Shown piece by piece: positions 37,477-47,530 of a stretch of DNA of 64,000 nt. The notes under the pieces were generated by a model. The model was not told where the DNA came from. It made no database searches and saw only the letters and a program-made list of their open reading frames with translations. Position 1 is the stretch's first letter, and each line of letters starts with the position of its first letter. A program made the position numbers and the translations under genes. The stretch is from a virus (taxonomy: Duplodnaviria > Heunggongvirae > Uroviricota > Caudoviricetes), in the IMG/VR virus record IMGVR_UViG_3300020045_008999, positions 1-64,000 of that record; one strand, 5' to 3'.

Positions 37477-39120
37477 ATGGCAAAATTAACGAGTAGAGCT
37501 TCCTTGAATGTCGGAACGGAGCTAACTGTAAATACAGCGACAAAAAAAATAACATTAAATATAGCCGGTGCACTTATCGCAAAAGATGGTGTGACTGTAC
37601 AGGCGGTATATTCTAAATTGATTGACTTGTGGACCACCGCAACTTACAATGATTTTCCGTTCCCAATGTATGCGTTGGACGTTTTGTCTGGACAATTTCA
37701 AATTGGAACAGACGGAGCAACGTATAATGGGTGGACATTTGGTGATGATGCAACCAGAGGTTATCTTCGTGATGGTGGTTGGTCAGAGTATAATGCCAGT
37801 GGTGCGTTAGCAAGACAATATGCGGGTATTGTATCATTGGGTGCTGTATCGGCTGGATCTCAATTGTATTACCAAACAACACCAACTGGTGCCCCTATCA
37901 ATGCAATATATACGGATGCTATGAATCAAGCGGTTCAGGTTTATGGTGACATCGCGATTGATTCGACAACAACAACATTTGATACCCGAACATTCTTTAA
38001 GGGATTTGTGAGAGAGTATGCCAAGAAGTATAAAGATTCGATATTAGCAGATACCGGTAAAACCTCAACTGGGGCGAATATTGTGAATGTCTTGTTATCA
38101 AATGAGAATGACCTTGACATTTTGGTTGCAGATGGAACTATTACTTCATCGCCGTATTCCGAAATAAATGTAAAATATTTCCCTACTGCATTTAATAAAG
38201 ATATTGATACAGTTGGGACACCTAGACTATTTGGATTGGTAATTGACGTTGGTACACATTCCGGTGTTGATGGTGCTGGAGCAAATGCTGCTACATCTAT
38301 GACTACAGCAGGTGCGGGTATTACAATTGCGAATTATTATGGTGGTAAATTAACTATTCATAATGGTGCAGCAAAGGGAATTTATACAATTTCTGGATCC
38401 GGTGGTAGTGCAACCTCTGTACCACTTACAAGTGGTTTGTTAGGGATTGCCTCTGGTGCATCTTTTACATTACAGCGTGCTGCACCGGTTAGTGCTACAC
38501 TACAACAAATTTATACCAAAATTCAGTACCAATTGCGTCAAAATAGTAATATCAATGGTTTGGCATCTGCCGGATCTATCATTGGTAAAACAGCGGTGCA
38601 ACAATTAAATTTCGTTGGATCTGCATTGAAAGCTGGATTTTATTCACCAACCAATGGTAATGGTGGTGGTACAGGTGTTACTATCATGGGATATTCTGCA
38701 TTAGATGTGAATAACTTTACATCATATGACAATACTGGTACAACTAGAGATTATCCATACTCTTCTGCTGGTGCATTGAACTGTAATGCGAATTTAACAA
38801 GCGGTGGTACTGGATATTATAGAATGTATTTCACAACAAATCCAGCGGGTAACTACGGTACTGCTACAGCGGTTACTGTAAATGATGCTTCTGGTGTTCC
38901 TATTGCGGGTGTGATTAGTGGAAGTTCTATAAACTTTACTTATGACTGGACCAATAATGTACAGGGTGGTCGTTCTGGTGGTGTTGATGCTTCGGTGACC
39001 GTTGTGGCAGGTAATGCATCTAAAGCTAAACCGGTGGTTGCTACTGGAACATTAGGGCAGTCCAAATCGATTTCAATTTCCTTAGTTGCTGAAACGGATA
39101 GAGCGTATATCATTGTTTAA
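37477..39120 (+). CDS. Large virion structural protein (putative tail fiber / sheath-like)
   Basis: 547 aa, Gly/Thr/Ala-rich. Confidence 0.4.
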   Translation: MAKLTSRASLNVGTELTVNTATKKITLNIAGALIAKDGVTVQAVYSKLIDLWTTATYNDFPFPMYALDVLSGQFQIGTDGATYNGWTFGDDATRGYLRDGGWSEYNASGALARQYAGIVSLGAVSAGSQLYYQTTPTGAPINAIYTDAMNQAVQVYGDIAIDSTTTTFDTRTFFKGFVREYAKKYKDSILADTGKTSTGANIVNVLLSNENDLDILVADGTITSSPYSEINVKYFPTAFNKDIDTVGTPRLFGLVIDVGTHSGVDGAGANAATSMTTAGAGITIANYYGGKLTIHNGAAKGIYTISGSGGSATSVPLTSGLLGIASGASFTLQRAAPVSATLQQIYTKIQYQLRQNSNINGLASAGSIIGKTAVQQLNFVGSALKAGFYSPTNGNGGGTGVTIMGYSALDVNNFTSYDNTGTTRDYPYSSAGALNCNANLTSGGTGYYRMYFTTNPAGNYGTATAVTVNDASGVPIAGVISGSSINFTYDWTNNVQGGRSGGVDASVTVVAGNASKAKPVVATGTLGQSKSISISLVAETDRAYIIV

Positions 39121-39137
39121 TTATAAAAATAAATAGC

Positions 39138-40544
39138 ATGGGATATATTTTTGATGGTGCAAATAAAATAATAAGTTTAACGACTGGTACCACATCGGTA
39201 TCAGTTCGTGACTTATGGAGTAGGTATTCTGATTGGGTTCCTGTAGATGACAATAGTAAGTATGAATTAGCAATGCGATTTGTTGGTGGTGATGCTTTAC
39301 CAGGTGATAAAGAATTGGGATTAACATACTTCATGACCAATAATTGGAAGATACGGCCTTATAGCGGAAATCATACTTTGAATATTGATGGTAACTTGTA
39401 TAGTGATGATGGATCTAGTCCATATACCAATGTACTTGGAAGTTATAACGTGATGCTTATCAGTTCAGTATCGTCATTAGTTGATAGTACAATCCAGCAA
39501 TTGCCGGAAATTGAATATGCTTCATATAACGGTGGGGTTACGTTGGATGTTGTTAATGGTACTGATTCGTCTGAATATCCTTATGGGACACCGAACCACC
39601 CTTGTAAGACAATTTCAAATTCTTACAATATAAGAATGGCGAGAGGGTTTAAAAAAGTATTTTTACGGAGTGACTTACATTTAATAGGGATCCCGGATGG
39701 TATTCTTAATGATCTAGAATTAGTTGGGGTTACTGGATTCAAAACTCATTTAGTCACTGGTAGTAATGTATTATTGACGAATTGTTCTGCGTCTAATTTA
39801 AAAATAACCGGTGTTGCCAAACCAGGATCAACATTGAAATTAGACAATTGTGACATGTATAATCTGGAAAATGCAAATGTAGTTGCATCAGATTGTTTTA
39901 TCTATGACGGATTGTATAATGTTACCGAATTATTTAGATGTCGGGTTGAGGGGGATATAACTGTGGTTGACGGTGGTAATTTCTCTGGGGTGAATGTAGT
40001 TTTTAACGGGGATTTTTCGTCAATTGATTGTATGGGTAGTATGACTACTGTTTCACTTGATATTGACAGTGGGTATGTTAAAATTTTAAATTCGGTTGAA
40101 TCCTGTCTGTTAGAATTCAATTTGCGTGGTGGTGAGCTAGAGATTGATGATAGTTGTATAGGTGGTGATTTGTACATTGAGGGATATGGTAAATTGTACA
40201 ATACCTCAGCGGTGAACATTAAGGCCAATAATTTACAAACAGTAATAATACCAGATGCGGTATGGGATGTACAAACGAGTGAACATCAATTAGAGGGTTC
40301 AGTGGCGGAAGCATTGACTAACGGAATGGGAAGTTCGTTAACCAAAGAAGATATTAGAGAGGAGATAGACAGTAATAGTAGTGCATTATCTAATTTGAGA
40401 AGATTAAGTGCCGAGATCCATAGAATAAATGGATTGGATAAATTAAATCCAACAACGGTGACTAAAGAAAGTCGTATTTCTGGTGACATTGAACAAGATT
40501 TCGCATTGGATTATGACGGTAATGTAACTATAACACGAAGATGA
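39138..40544 (+). CDS. Putative tail spike / fiber protein with beta-helix-like repeats
   Basis: 468 aa with repetitive N/G/V-rich segments (NCSASNLKITGV, NCDMYNLENANVV) and a C-terminal coiled segment. Confidence 0.35.
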   Translation: MGYIFDGANKIISLTTGTTSVSVRDLWSRYSDWVPVDDNSKYELAMRFVGGDALPGDKELGLTYFMTNNWKIRPYSGNHTLNIDGNLYSDDGSSPYTNVLGSYNVMLISSVSSLVDSTIQQLPEIEYASYNGGVTLDVVNGTDSSEYPYGTPNHPCKTISNSYNIRMARGFKKVFLRSDLHLIGIPDGILNDLELVGVTGFKTHLVTGSNVLLTNCSASNLKITGVAKPGSTLKLDNCDMYNLENANVVASDCFIYDGLYNVTELFRCRVEGDITVVDGGNFSGVNVVFNGDFSSIDCMGSMTTVSLDIDSGYVKILNSVESCLLEFNLRGGELEIDDSCIGGDLYIEGYGKLYNTSAVNIKANNLQTVIIPDAVWDVQTSEHQLEGSVAEALTNGMGSSLTKEDIREEIDSNSSALSNLRRLSAEIHRINGLDKLNPTTVTKESRISGDIEQDFALDYDGNVTITRR

Positions 40545-40873
40545 TAATTGATCCAATTAGTATTTGTAGTAATGGATTCGTGTCATCTGATGGAATTTTC
40601 AATCTATTTAATGTATCTACGAGTGGGTTCTATTACACTGTTGAAATCGATAATGTGGATCGTAGAAATGGTCGGTGGGTAGGTGGTTACAATACAAATC
40701 CTATAAATAGAGCTCGTGAAGAAACCGATAAAAAAAGTGTTAAAATAACAGTATTTAATAATGGTAAGAAATATACCAAAAGTGTAATCATAACTAAAAA
40801 AGTTGTCAACCTGTCAAATATTAAGATTGAACAGGTTGATGATGTTATTAAAATAAACGTCCGTAGAATTTAA
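40541..40873 (+). CDS. Hypothetical protein (translationally coupled; ATGA overlap)
   Basis: Start codon overlaps the stop of the upstream gene. Confidence 0.4.
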   Translation: MIIDPISICSNGFVSSDGIFNLFNVSTSGFYYTVEIDNVDRRNGRWVGGYNTNPINRAREETDKKSVKITVFNNGKKYTKSVIITKKVVNLSNIKIEQVDDVIKINVRRI

Positions 40874-41395
40874 TTAGTAATTTTTTTTATAACTCAGTGT
40901 ATATTTATCACTAAACATTCCATTATTATGCAATGTGCAGCAAAGGGAACAGGCTACTTTTTTCTTAGCGATTCGATTTCTATTTGATTCGGTGCCACAT
41001 TTTTTACAACGCAGCGTATATTTGCCGGTTGGGATTTTTAATTCTGTATGGTCACAATATGCCCTGGGATCACACCCAATTGTTTTTGATATATTTTGCC
41101 ATGGAATCCCATGGTCGGTTTTACCTCTGGTTTCGAAATCTATCGCGTGAGCAATTTCATGTAGAATTGTCTCTTTCCAAATTTCAAGATCATGATTGTG
41201 ATTTATTAAATAACTAGATAATGATATTTGCTTTTTTCCAACGGCACATAGACCGAGTATTGTCTTTCGTTTATTATATGAGAACGTCCAACCCATCTCA
41301 ATCAGGTTAAAAGTATCATTGTCAATAATCCAACAATTATTTAAAAAAGAACTTGCTAATGCGTCAATCTCAGATATAATCCCAATTCCTTCCAT
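40874..41395 (-). CDS. SprT-like zinc metallopeptidase with C-terminal zinc ribbon
   Basis: HEIAHAIDFETRGKTDHG (HExxH motif) plus CKKCGTESNR...CSLCC. Confidence 0.6.
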   Translation of the reverse strand: MEGIGIISEIDALASSFLNNCWIIDNDTFNLIEMGWTFSYNKRKTILGLCAVGKKQISLSSYLINHNHDLEIWKETILHEIAHAIDFETRGKTDHGIPWQNISKTIGCDPRAYCDHTELKIPTGKYTLRCKKCGTESNRNRIAKKKVACSLCCTLHNNGMFSDKYTLSYKKNY

Positions 41396-41729
41396 ATTTA
41401 TCTAGTATGAGTCAAAAGTAATGATAATTTATAGTTTTAACAAATTTTTTTCTGAAATTTTCTGACAAATTTATAACGTTCTGATAATTATAGGATTATA
41501 TATTTCCTAATATATATTGTTAATTTTTCAAAATTTAGTCATTATTATGATATTTGCTATTATGTGGTTAATTTTTTGTATTTTTTACATATTAAATGTG
41601 GTTTTAATCGGTTTAATTGGCATTTAATCAGTAAGTATTGTTCATATTATTAAAAACTTTGTTAAAAACTTTTTTTTTCACTTATTTTTTTGTACATTTG
41701 AGTAAAATAACGTATAAATAACCAAAATT
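41396..41729. promoter_or_regulatory. 334-bp AT-rich divergent intergenic region
   Basis: No ORFs; lies between a minus-strand and a plus-strand gene; many T/A runs. Confidence 0.35.
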
Positions 41730-44150
41730 ATGTCAAATAAAAAAACATTTTTGGATTTGTATAACGCAAATTCTGAAAGAGAATTAGTTAAAATTGTGGA
41801 GAATGATAGCATGCTTTCTAATCCAGAAAATTGGCTACCATACGGTGGCAATAAAGGGAACTTTGGTACCTTTGAAAACCAACAGAACGCGTCTATTCCG
41901 GCCCTTATTGAGAAAATTACGAACAGTATGGATGCTTGTTTACTAAGGGAAGCCAAAATTAATGGTGTTGACCCAAAATCAAAATCAGCTCCGAGATCAA
42001 TGACAGAGGCGGTTGAGCGATTTTATCATATTAAAGATGGTGACATTGGTGCACTTAGTAATATCGAACGTCGATTAATAGCTGAAAATATTCAAGTTAT
42101 TGCAGTTGGTGATAAACAAATACCATCCATTATTATTTATGATAATGGCGAGGGACAGTCACCTAATAACTTCAACAATACCTTTCTATCACTTCATAAT
42201 AGTAATAAAACAAATATCCATTTTGTACAAGGTAAGTATAATATGGGATCTACCGGTGCTGTTGTTTTTTGTGGTGAAAGAAAGTATCAAATGATCGCAT
42301 CAAAAAGAGCTTCTTTATTGGGTGAGACTGATGATGGGGATGATGGTAATTTTGGGTTTACTTTAGTTCGACGTCATGAATTGACCCCTGAGGAAGAAGA
42401 AGACTATGGTAAATCTACGTGGTATGAATATTATGCACCCGGTGGTGAAATTTCTAATTTTCCAATTAAGGACTTGGATTTAGGGTTATACGGTAGGAAA
42501 TTTGTATCTGGTAGCATTGTCAAATTATATTCATATGAATTACCGCGTGGATCTCGTTCGAATTTAACTTTCGATTTATGGCGTGATTTAAATCAATTTT
42601 TATATGATTTACCATTACCGATTTCCTTATATGAAAAACGTGATTACATATTGAAAAACCCTAGTAAAATTGTGTTGGGTAATCGCATTCGTATTACGGT
42701 TGATAGTAGGGATAGTGTGAAAGAGGTAATCACATTTAATTTAGGCAATGAGGCCATCTTAGGCAATGTTAAAATTGAAGTAATTATATTTAATCACAAG
42801 GTCGATCATAATGAATTTATAAAAAATAAATCCATTATATTTACACAGAATGGCCAGGTACATGGTTTTGAGGGACAATCATTTATATCACAGGAGCTTG
42901 GTTTTAGTTTGTTGAAAAAAACCATGTTAATACATGTAAATTGTACTGACATATCAACATCATTGCGTCAAGATTTATTCATGGCAAACCGAACCCATCT
43001 TAAAAATAGTCACAAGACAGAACTTCTTCGAAGTGAAATTATTAATTTGTTGAAAAAATCGGAAATTTTAAAGGCTTTGAATGAGCAAGCAAAAAAATCA
43101 TTATTGCAAGATTCCGGTGATGATGTGGATTTGTTATCAACATTACTATCGAAACTTCCAATTGATAAGGATGTGCTGGATTTACTAAAGAAAAATGGGT
43201 CACTCAATTTTCTAAAACAGGCCGGACATAAAGTGAGTCAGGGCGAGCGCAATACTGAAGTGAAAGTTTTGAATAAATTCCCTGCCATGTTCAAATTAGA
43301 TCTTAAGAAAGACAAAACATTGGGTAAAATATACAAAACGATTCCTTTGAATTCAAAAGGAACTGTGAAGATAAATGTGGATGTTGATAATGAGTTTTTA
43401 TTTCGAACAAAAGACACCGGTAAATTAGAAATTCAAGTATTGCGAAAAGTAAATGTTAGTGATGCACCACTCACCGAGGATACACATCCTAGTGAAAATG
43501 CGACAATATCTTCTGATATTTTGAATATTGATCGCGAGGGTCCAAATGATGGTACAATCAAGCTTATTATTACCCCTAATGAAAATGCGAAGGTTGGTGA
43601 TGAAGTTGAGGTGAGGGCTGTGCTTAGTTCAGCCGGTGGGAAATCGTTTGAATGTGTTTTTGATGTGCGAGTTGATAAAGAAATTAGCAAACCTAAACAA
43701 ATAAAGCACATAGCAACGGAGACCTTTCCAAATTTGCCTACACCGAGAAAGGCATATGAATTTCCGATTGATGAAAATTCATTAGCATGGGATTCCGAAG
43801 ATCTAAATTGGACCGGACATGATATTGTTAAGGTTATAACCTCATCGGATGATAAGAGTGAATTAATGGTCGCTGGAATTATTGTCAATATGGATTCATT
43901 TGTATTGAAAAGTTTTTTATCTAAAAACAAAATAAATACCGAAAACGATATCAGGTATAATAAAGATAAGTATTTCTTATCAATTTATCTACATTCATTG
44001 TTTTTGTTTAGTATTTTGCAAAAAATGAGAAACAATGATGATAAGTTACAAGCTATAGAAGTTGATGATTTCGTATCACTTATGATTAAACCTTATGCTA
44101 ATTTTTTAATGTATGAAAATTTCCATATTACAAAAATGGCGTTTTCTTAA
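41730..44150 (+). CDS. Large protein with N-terminal GHKL (Bergerat-fold) ATPase signature
   Basis: LIEKITNSMDACLL (ExxxNxxDA N-box), IIIYDNGEGQ (DxGxG G1-box), GKYNMGSTGAVVF (G2-box). The 500-aa C-terminal part has no recognised motif. Confidence 0.55.
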   Translation: MSNKKTFLDLYNANSERELVKIVENDSMLSNPENWLPYGGNKGNFGTFENQQNASIPALIEKITNSMDACLLREAKINGVDPKSKSAPRSMTEAVERFYHIKDGDIGALSNIERRLIAENIQVIAVGDKQIPSIIIYDNGEGQSPNNFNNTFLSLHNSNKTNIHFVQGKYNMGSTGAVVFCGERKYQMIASKRASLLGETDDGDDGNFGFTLVRRHELTPEEEEDYGKSTWYEYYAPGGEISNFPIKDLDLGLYGRKFVSGSIVKLYSYELPRGSRSNLTFDLWRDLNQFLYDLPLPISLYEKRDYILKNPSKIVLGNRIRITVDSRDSVKEVITFNLGNEAILGNVKIEVIIFNHKVDHNEFIKNKSIIFTQNGQVHGFEGQSFISQELGFSLLKKTMLIHVNCTDISTSLRQDLFMANRTHLKNSHKTELLRSEIINLLKKSEILKALNEQAKKSLLQDSGDDVDLLSTLLSKLPIDKDVLDLLKKNGSLNFLKQAGHKVSQGERNTEVKVLNKFPAMFKLDLKKDKTLGKIYKTIPLNSKGTVKINVDVDNEFLFRTKDTGKLEIQVLRKVNVSDAPLTEDTHPSENATISSDILNIDREGPNDGTIKLIITPNENAKVGDEVEVRAVLSSAGGKSFECVFDVRVDKEISKPKQIKHIATETFPNLPTPRKAYEFPIDENSLAWDSEDLNWTGHDIVKVITSSDDKSELMVAGIIVNMDSFVLKSFLSKNKINTENDIRYNKDKYFLSIYLHSLFLFSILQKMRNNDDKLQAIEVDDFVSLMIKPYANFLMYENFHITKMAFS

Positions 44151-44162
44151 AACTAAATAATC

Positions 44163-44486
44163 ATGACAATATCTGATTTTATAGGAGCAGAAATAAAAGT
44201 AAAGGATCAAATAGTTGAGGTATCCTACGTCGGGATCGTTGATGGATACCTCATGTTTGGTTTCATGGTTGGTAGTAAAATTAAGACAATTAACTCTAAT
44301 AAAGTGATTATCGAGATTGAATATATCAACCGGCCAACCTTTCATGGTGAGACTTATTTCATAGGTCCTAGTATTGTAACTGCTCGTTGGACTGATGATG
44401 AGTATCTATTAATAAAACGGGGACGAACTAAAGTATTGGACATTGCATTAAGTGAAGTTCGTTTGCGTGAAGTTCGTGAATCGTGA
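44163..44486 (+). CDS. Hypothetical protein
   Basis: 107-aa ORF. Confidence 0.4.
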   Translation: MTISDFIGAEIKVKDQIVEVSYVGIVDGYLMFGFMVGSKIKTINSNKVIIEIEYINRPTFHGETYFIGPSIVTARWTDDEYLLIKRGRTKVLDIALSEVRLREVRES

Positions 44487-44518
44487 GGTGATTTATTAAA
44501 TTTATTAGGGACTAAGTA

Positions 44519-44905
44519 TTGATTTATAAATTTAATACGATGACAATACCTGAAATACACATTATTTGTAAGCGATATGAAATCGATCACTATATCATAT
44601 TAGAAAACCGTTCACTAGATGTATTTGGTAATGTTAATTTATCAAATTCAAATCTTATTGAAATACCAATCCTATTTAATTGTGTTAGCGGGAATTTTAC
44701 TTGTTGTCATAATAAAATTGAGTTACTGGTCGGTTTACCAAAACATGTTGGTGGTGATTTGTGTTTTGAGTCAAATTCACTGATATTTGTACCTGATAAT
44801 TTTAAATTATTATCAAAGTGTGATGTTACCGGCGAGTTCTATCTTGACATTCCATTTAAAAATGCACTTAAACGGTATAATGAAATTATGAGTATAATAG
44901 GTTAG
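44519..44905 (+). CDS. LRR-like repeat family protein, subfamily B (short)
   Basis: N-terminal MTIPEIHIICKRYEIDHYII...LDVFGNVNLSNSNLIEIPILFNCVSGNFTC and C-terminal FKNALKRYNEIMSII. Confidence 0.5.
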   Translation: MIYKFNTMTIPEIHIICKRYEIDHYIILENRSLDVFGNVNLSNSNLIEIPILFNCVSGNFTCCHNKIELLVGLPKHVGGDLCFESNSLIFVPDNFKLLSKCDVTGEFYLDIPFKNALKRYNEIMSIIG

Positions 44906-44927
44906 TCTAAAAAGGCATGGTTTATAT

Positions 44928-45548
44928 CTATTCCAGTCCTTCCTCAATTTCTAATATTAAATCCTTGAAGTTTTCTAAATTTAAGCTCAAATCATCATTC
45001 CAAATTTGAAAATAACGCTGGTACTTAAGGATTAACTTAAACTTATGGTTATCAGTCTCAATGACACCTTTTATTATTTCTGGAAGACCTGATCGCAAAA
45101 TACCCACTACATTACCCACCAACTCGATATCAATTTCACCGGAATATGTTGATGTTAGACTAGCATTACCAAAAATGTAAAAATTTCCACCGATATATTC
45201 GGGTGCCCCAATGAGGTTTGTGATTTGGTTTGAGTCTATCGACAATGATCCACCTACATGTTTTGGTCCCCCTATTAAAGAAGTAATTTTATTAGTATAA
45301 CAATAAAAATCACCATTTACCATTTTAGGGGATCCTGAAATATTCGTTAGATTATTATTAGTGCAAAAAAAACCACCATATACATCATTAAACTTTAATG
45401 GAATTGATGTCAGATTTTGTCTCTCCAAATGTACATTACCATCAACATCAATACTACCATCTGAGTTAATTGAATAGTTTCTAATATCATATTTAGAGCA
45501 TATTGCATCGATTTTATCTTTTTTTGATTTATTTATTAGATTCTTCAT
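44928..45548 (-). CDS. LRR-like repeat family protein, subfamily A
   Basis: C-terminal KLILKYQRYFQIWNDDLSLNLENFKDLILEIEEGLE. Tail-to-tail with 44519-44905. Confidence 0.6.
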   Translation of the reverse strand: MKNLINKSKKDKIDAICSKYDIRNYSINSDGSIDVDGNVHLERQNLTSIPLKFNDVYGGFFCTNNNLTNISGSPKMVNGDFYCYTNKITSLIGGPKHVGGSLSIDSNQITNLIGAPEYIGGNFYIFGNASLTSTYSGEIDIELVGNVVGILRSGLPEIIKGVIETDNHKFKLILKYQRYFQIWNDDLSLNLENFKDLILEIEEGLE

Positions 45549-45573
45549 TTAATATATATTAAAAACATTGGTA

Positions 45574-45612
45574 TAAAAAAAAAGATCAAATTAGTAATTT
45601 GATCTTTTTTGT
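45574..45612. terminator. Bidirectional terminator (aagatcaaatt..aatttgatctt with A/T tracts)
   Basis: Read from sequence. Confidence 0.55.
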
Positions 45613-45631
45613 TTATGATATTATCTTAGCT

Positions 45632-45844
45632 TTACTCATTGGCATCTACTGTATCACTTTTTGATAGGTGTGGTTCCACGAATGAACCATTTTTAACTGT
45701 AGTATCAATTGATACACTGTCAACCACAATACTATCAACCGCGGTTGAGTCAATTGTTGTATTGCCCACATTCTTTGAGGTATCTTTGCACCCAAAGGAT
45801 AATCCAATAATGGCAATTGCCATAATAATTTTTACATTTTTCAT
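45632..45844 (-). CDS. Small lipoprotein
   Basis: Signal peptide with LSFGC lipobox, followed by a Thr/Ser/Asp/Val-rich region. Confidence 0.5.
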   Translation of the reverse strand: MKNVKIIMAIAIIGLSFGCKDTSKNVGNTTIDSTAVDSIVVDSVSIDTTVKNGSFVEPHLSKSDTVDANE

Positions 45845-45902
45845 ATTTATATATTTTTATTTACAACAAATGTAGTATTTTGAATTTAAAATACCTAATT
45901 TT

Positions 45903-46169
45903 GTGATGGAAAAAATATTCTCTATGGTTATAGATGGAACACAGCTAGAATTAAAAGATTTACATGGGCGGCTATTCCTTGACGCATCACGTACTAATTT
46001 ATATGAATTTGATTTATATGAATATTCCAACAAAGTAGCATTTAAATGGAGTTCTGACGGATATTATGAAGATAGTGCAGTCGATAACAAAATGATGGTA
46101 CAGAGCACTGGAATACCCACTTGTATTATTATTCAATACCTAGAGGATGGTGCATGGATATTACTTTAG
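45903..46169 (+). CDS. Hypothetical protein
   Basis: 88-aa ORF. Confidence 0.35.
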   Translation: MMEKIFSMVIDGTQLELKDLHGRLFLDASRTNLYEFDLYEYSNKVAFKWSSDGYYEDSAVDNKMMVQSTGIPTCIIIQYLEDGAWILL

Positions 46170-46233
46170 TTATTATTATCTTGTTAATATATTGTAATGT
46201 GGTTAAATTTTTATACATTTAATAAAAATATTT

Positions 46234-46527
46234 ATGGAAGATTTTTTAAAAAAGATAAGAATGCAAAATGAAAATTTTTTCGCAGATTTGGATCGTAATT
46301 ATCCTAATCGTCAAAAAGAAATTCATAAACAATGTTGTGCTAATTGTCCATCCAGACAAGATCAACTCAGAGGATTTGTTGATCCGGAATCTGAAATGAT
46401 TAGCAAATTGCCCAAAGAAGTAATTGCTAAAAATCATTTATTCGTTTGTTATGCCAGAAACAGTAAACTGTGTAAAGGATTATGTGATAATATGGGAATT
46501 GATGAAGAATTTTTAAAAACAATATAA
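46234..46527 (+). CDS. Cys-rich small protein
   Basis: CCANCPSRQDQ...CYARNSKLCKGLCDNMG. Confidence 0.35.
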   Translation: MEDFLKKIRMQNENFFADLDRNYPNRQKEIHKQCCANCPSRQDQLRGFVDPESEMISKLPKEVIAKNHLFVCYARNSKLCKGLCDNMGIDEEFLKTI

Positions 46528-46528
46528 A

Positions 46529-46786
46529 ATGGAAATTGAATCGATAAACGGTTGCGTTAAATGTAATAAAGTAAATACCGATTTACAAGTAATTGTTAAA
46601 TTCACACATAGTTTAATAGATAAGTATGAGATTCAAAAAATACAACTTGCTAAAAATATGGAATTATATGACAAGCTTAGCGATGCAAAGGAATACTCAA
46701 AAGCATTGACCGACTGGAGTAGGGTTCATTTATTTTTATTTGATCTTAAAGATTCATTATGCCGTATAGGAATCGATATCGATTAA
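46529..46786 (+). CDS. Hypothetical protein
   Basis: 85-aa ORF. Confidence 0.35.
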   Translation: MEIESINGCVKCNKVNTDLQVIVKFTHSLIDKYEIQKIQLAKNMELYDKLSDAKEYSKALTDWSRVHLFLFDLKDSLCRIGIDID

Positions 46787-46789
46787 ATA

Positions 46790-47122
46790 CTAAAGTAGTT
46801 TATTGTCTATGAATGAACCGAAATTTAAAATACTATCTTGATTTAATGAATCGGTTTTATTGATATACGTATCATAAATATGTTCTGCAATATATTTCAC
46901 GCGTTTCCCATTGTTATACATATCATTTATAAATTCGAATACATCATCAGTAATGATTTCATCGGTTTGCTTAATAATTTGATCATATTTCGCGAAATCT
47001 TTTTCGGAAATATTATTTTCTTCCCTTATGATATCGCTTAATGATCCAGAAATCATAGCTTTTAGAGATTCTTCATGTGTGTACTTTCGTCCAAATATGG
47101 TTTCGTATGCTAAATTTTTCAT
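46790..47122 (-). CDS. Hypothetical protein
   Basis: 110-aa ORF. Confidence 0.4.
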   Translation of the reverse strand: MKNLAYETIFGRKYTHEESLKAMISGSLSDIIREENNISEKDFAKYDQIIKQTDEIITDDVFEFINDMYNNGKRVKYIAEHIYDTYINKTDSLNQDSILNFGSFIDNKLL

Positions 47123-47137
47123 ATATTGTGTTATTTG

Positions 47138-47494
47138 TTAACCAGTTGAATCGATAAATTTCATTTCTTTGGCTGTTATTTGTGATACTTTTTCGTGTGA
47201 TTTACTTCTGGCACGATGGGTATGTATATAAAACCCATTTTTATCAATACCCATTGAAAACCCATCTGGGTAATTGTTTTCCGAAATGCGTTTTGCCAAA
47301 TCTGGATGTAATAACAATCCTGATATTTTACCATTTTTGGCGTGTGTATATGATTGAATTAGTGTCAATGCTATTTCCTTATTTTCCTTGGAAACTTTCT
47401 TCAAAAATTTGATTGAATTAACTATGTCTGAGCTATTATCTAATAGTTCTAATGATTCCATGCATTTTTCGTTAAACGTCTGTAAATATTTCAT
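47138..47494 (-). CDS. Hypothetical protein
   Basis: 118-aa ORF. Confidence 0.4.
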   Translation of the reverse strand: MKYLQTFNEKCMESLELLDNSSDIVNSIKFLKKVSKENKEIALTLIQSYTHAKNGKISGLLLHPDLAKRISENNYPDGFSMGIDKNGFYIHTHRARSKSHEKVSQITAKEMKFIDSTG

Positions 47495-47530
47495 ATGATA
47501 TATATTAATTTTATATATGTGTAATATTAC

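Noticed and set aside
35108-40544. Assigning specific identities (major capsid, tail sheath, tape measure) to the three large Thr/Gly-rich ORFs
   Set aside because: Only composition and size support a structural role, and I see no diagnostic motifs, so they are left as putative fibre or structural proteins.
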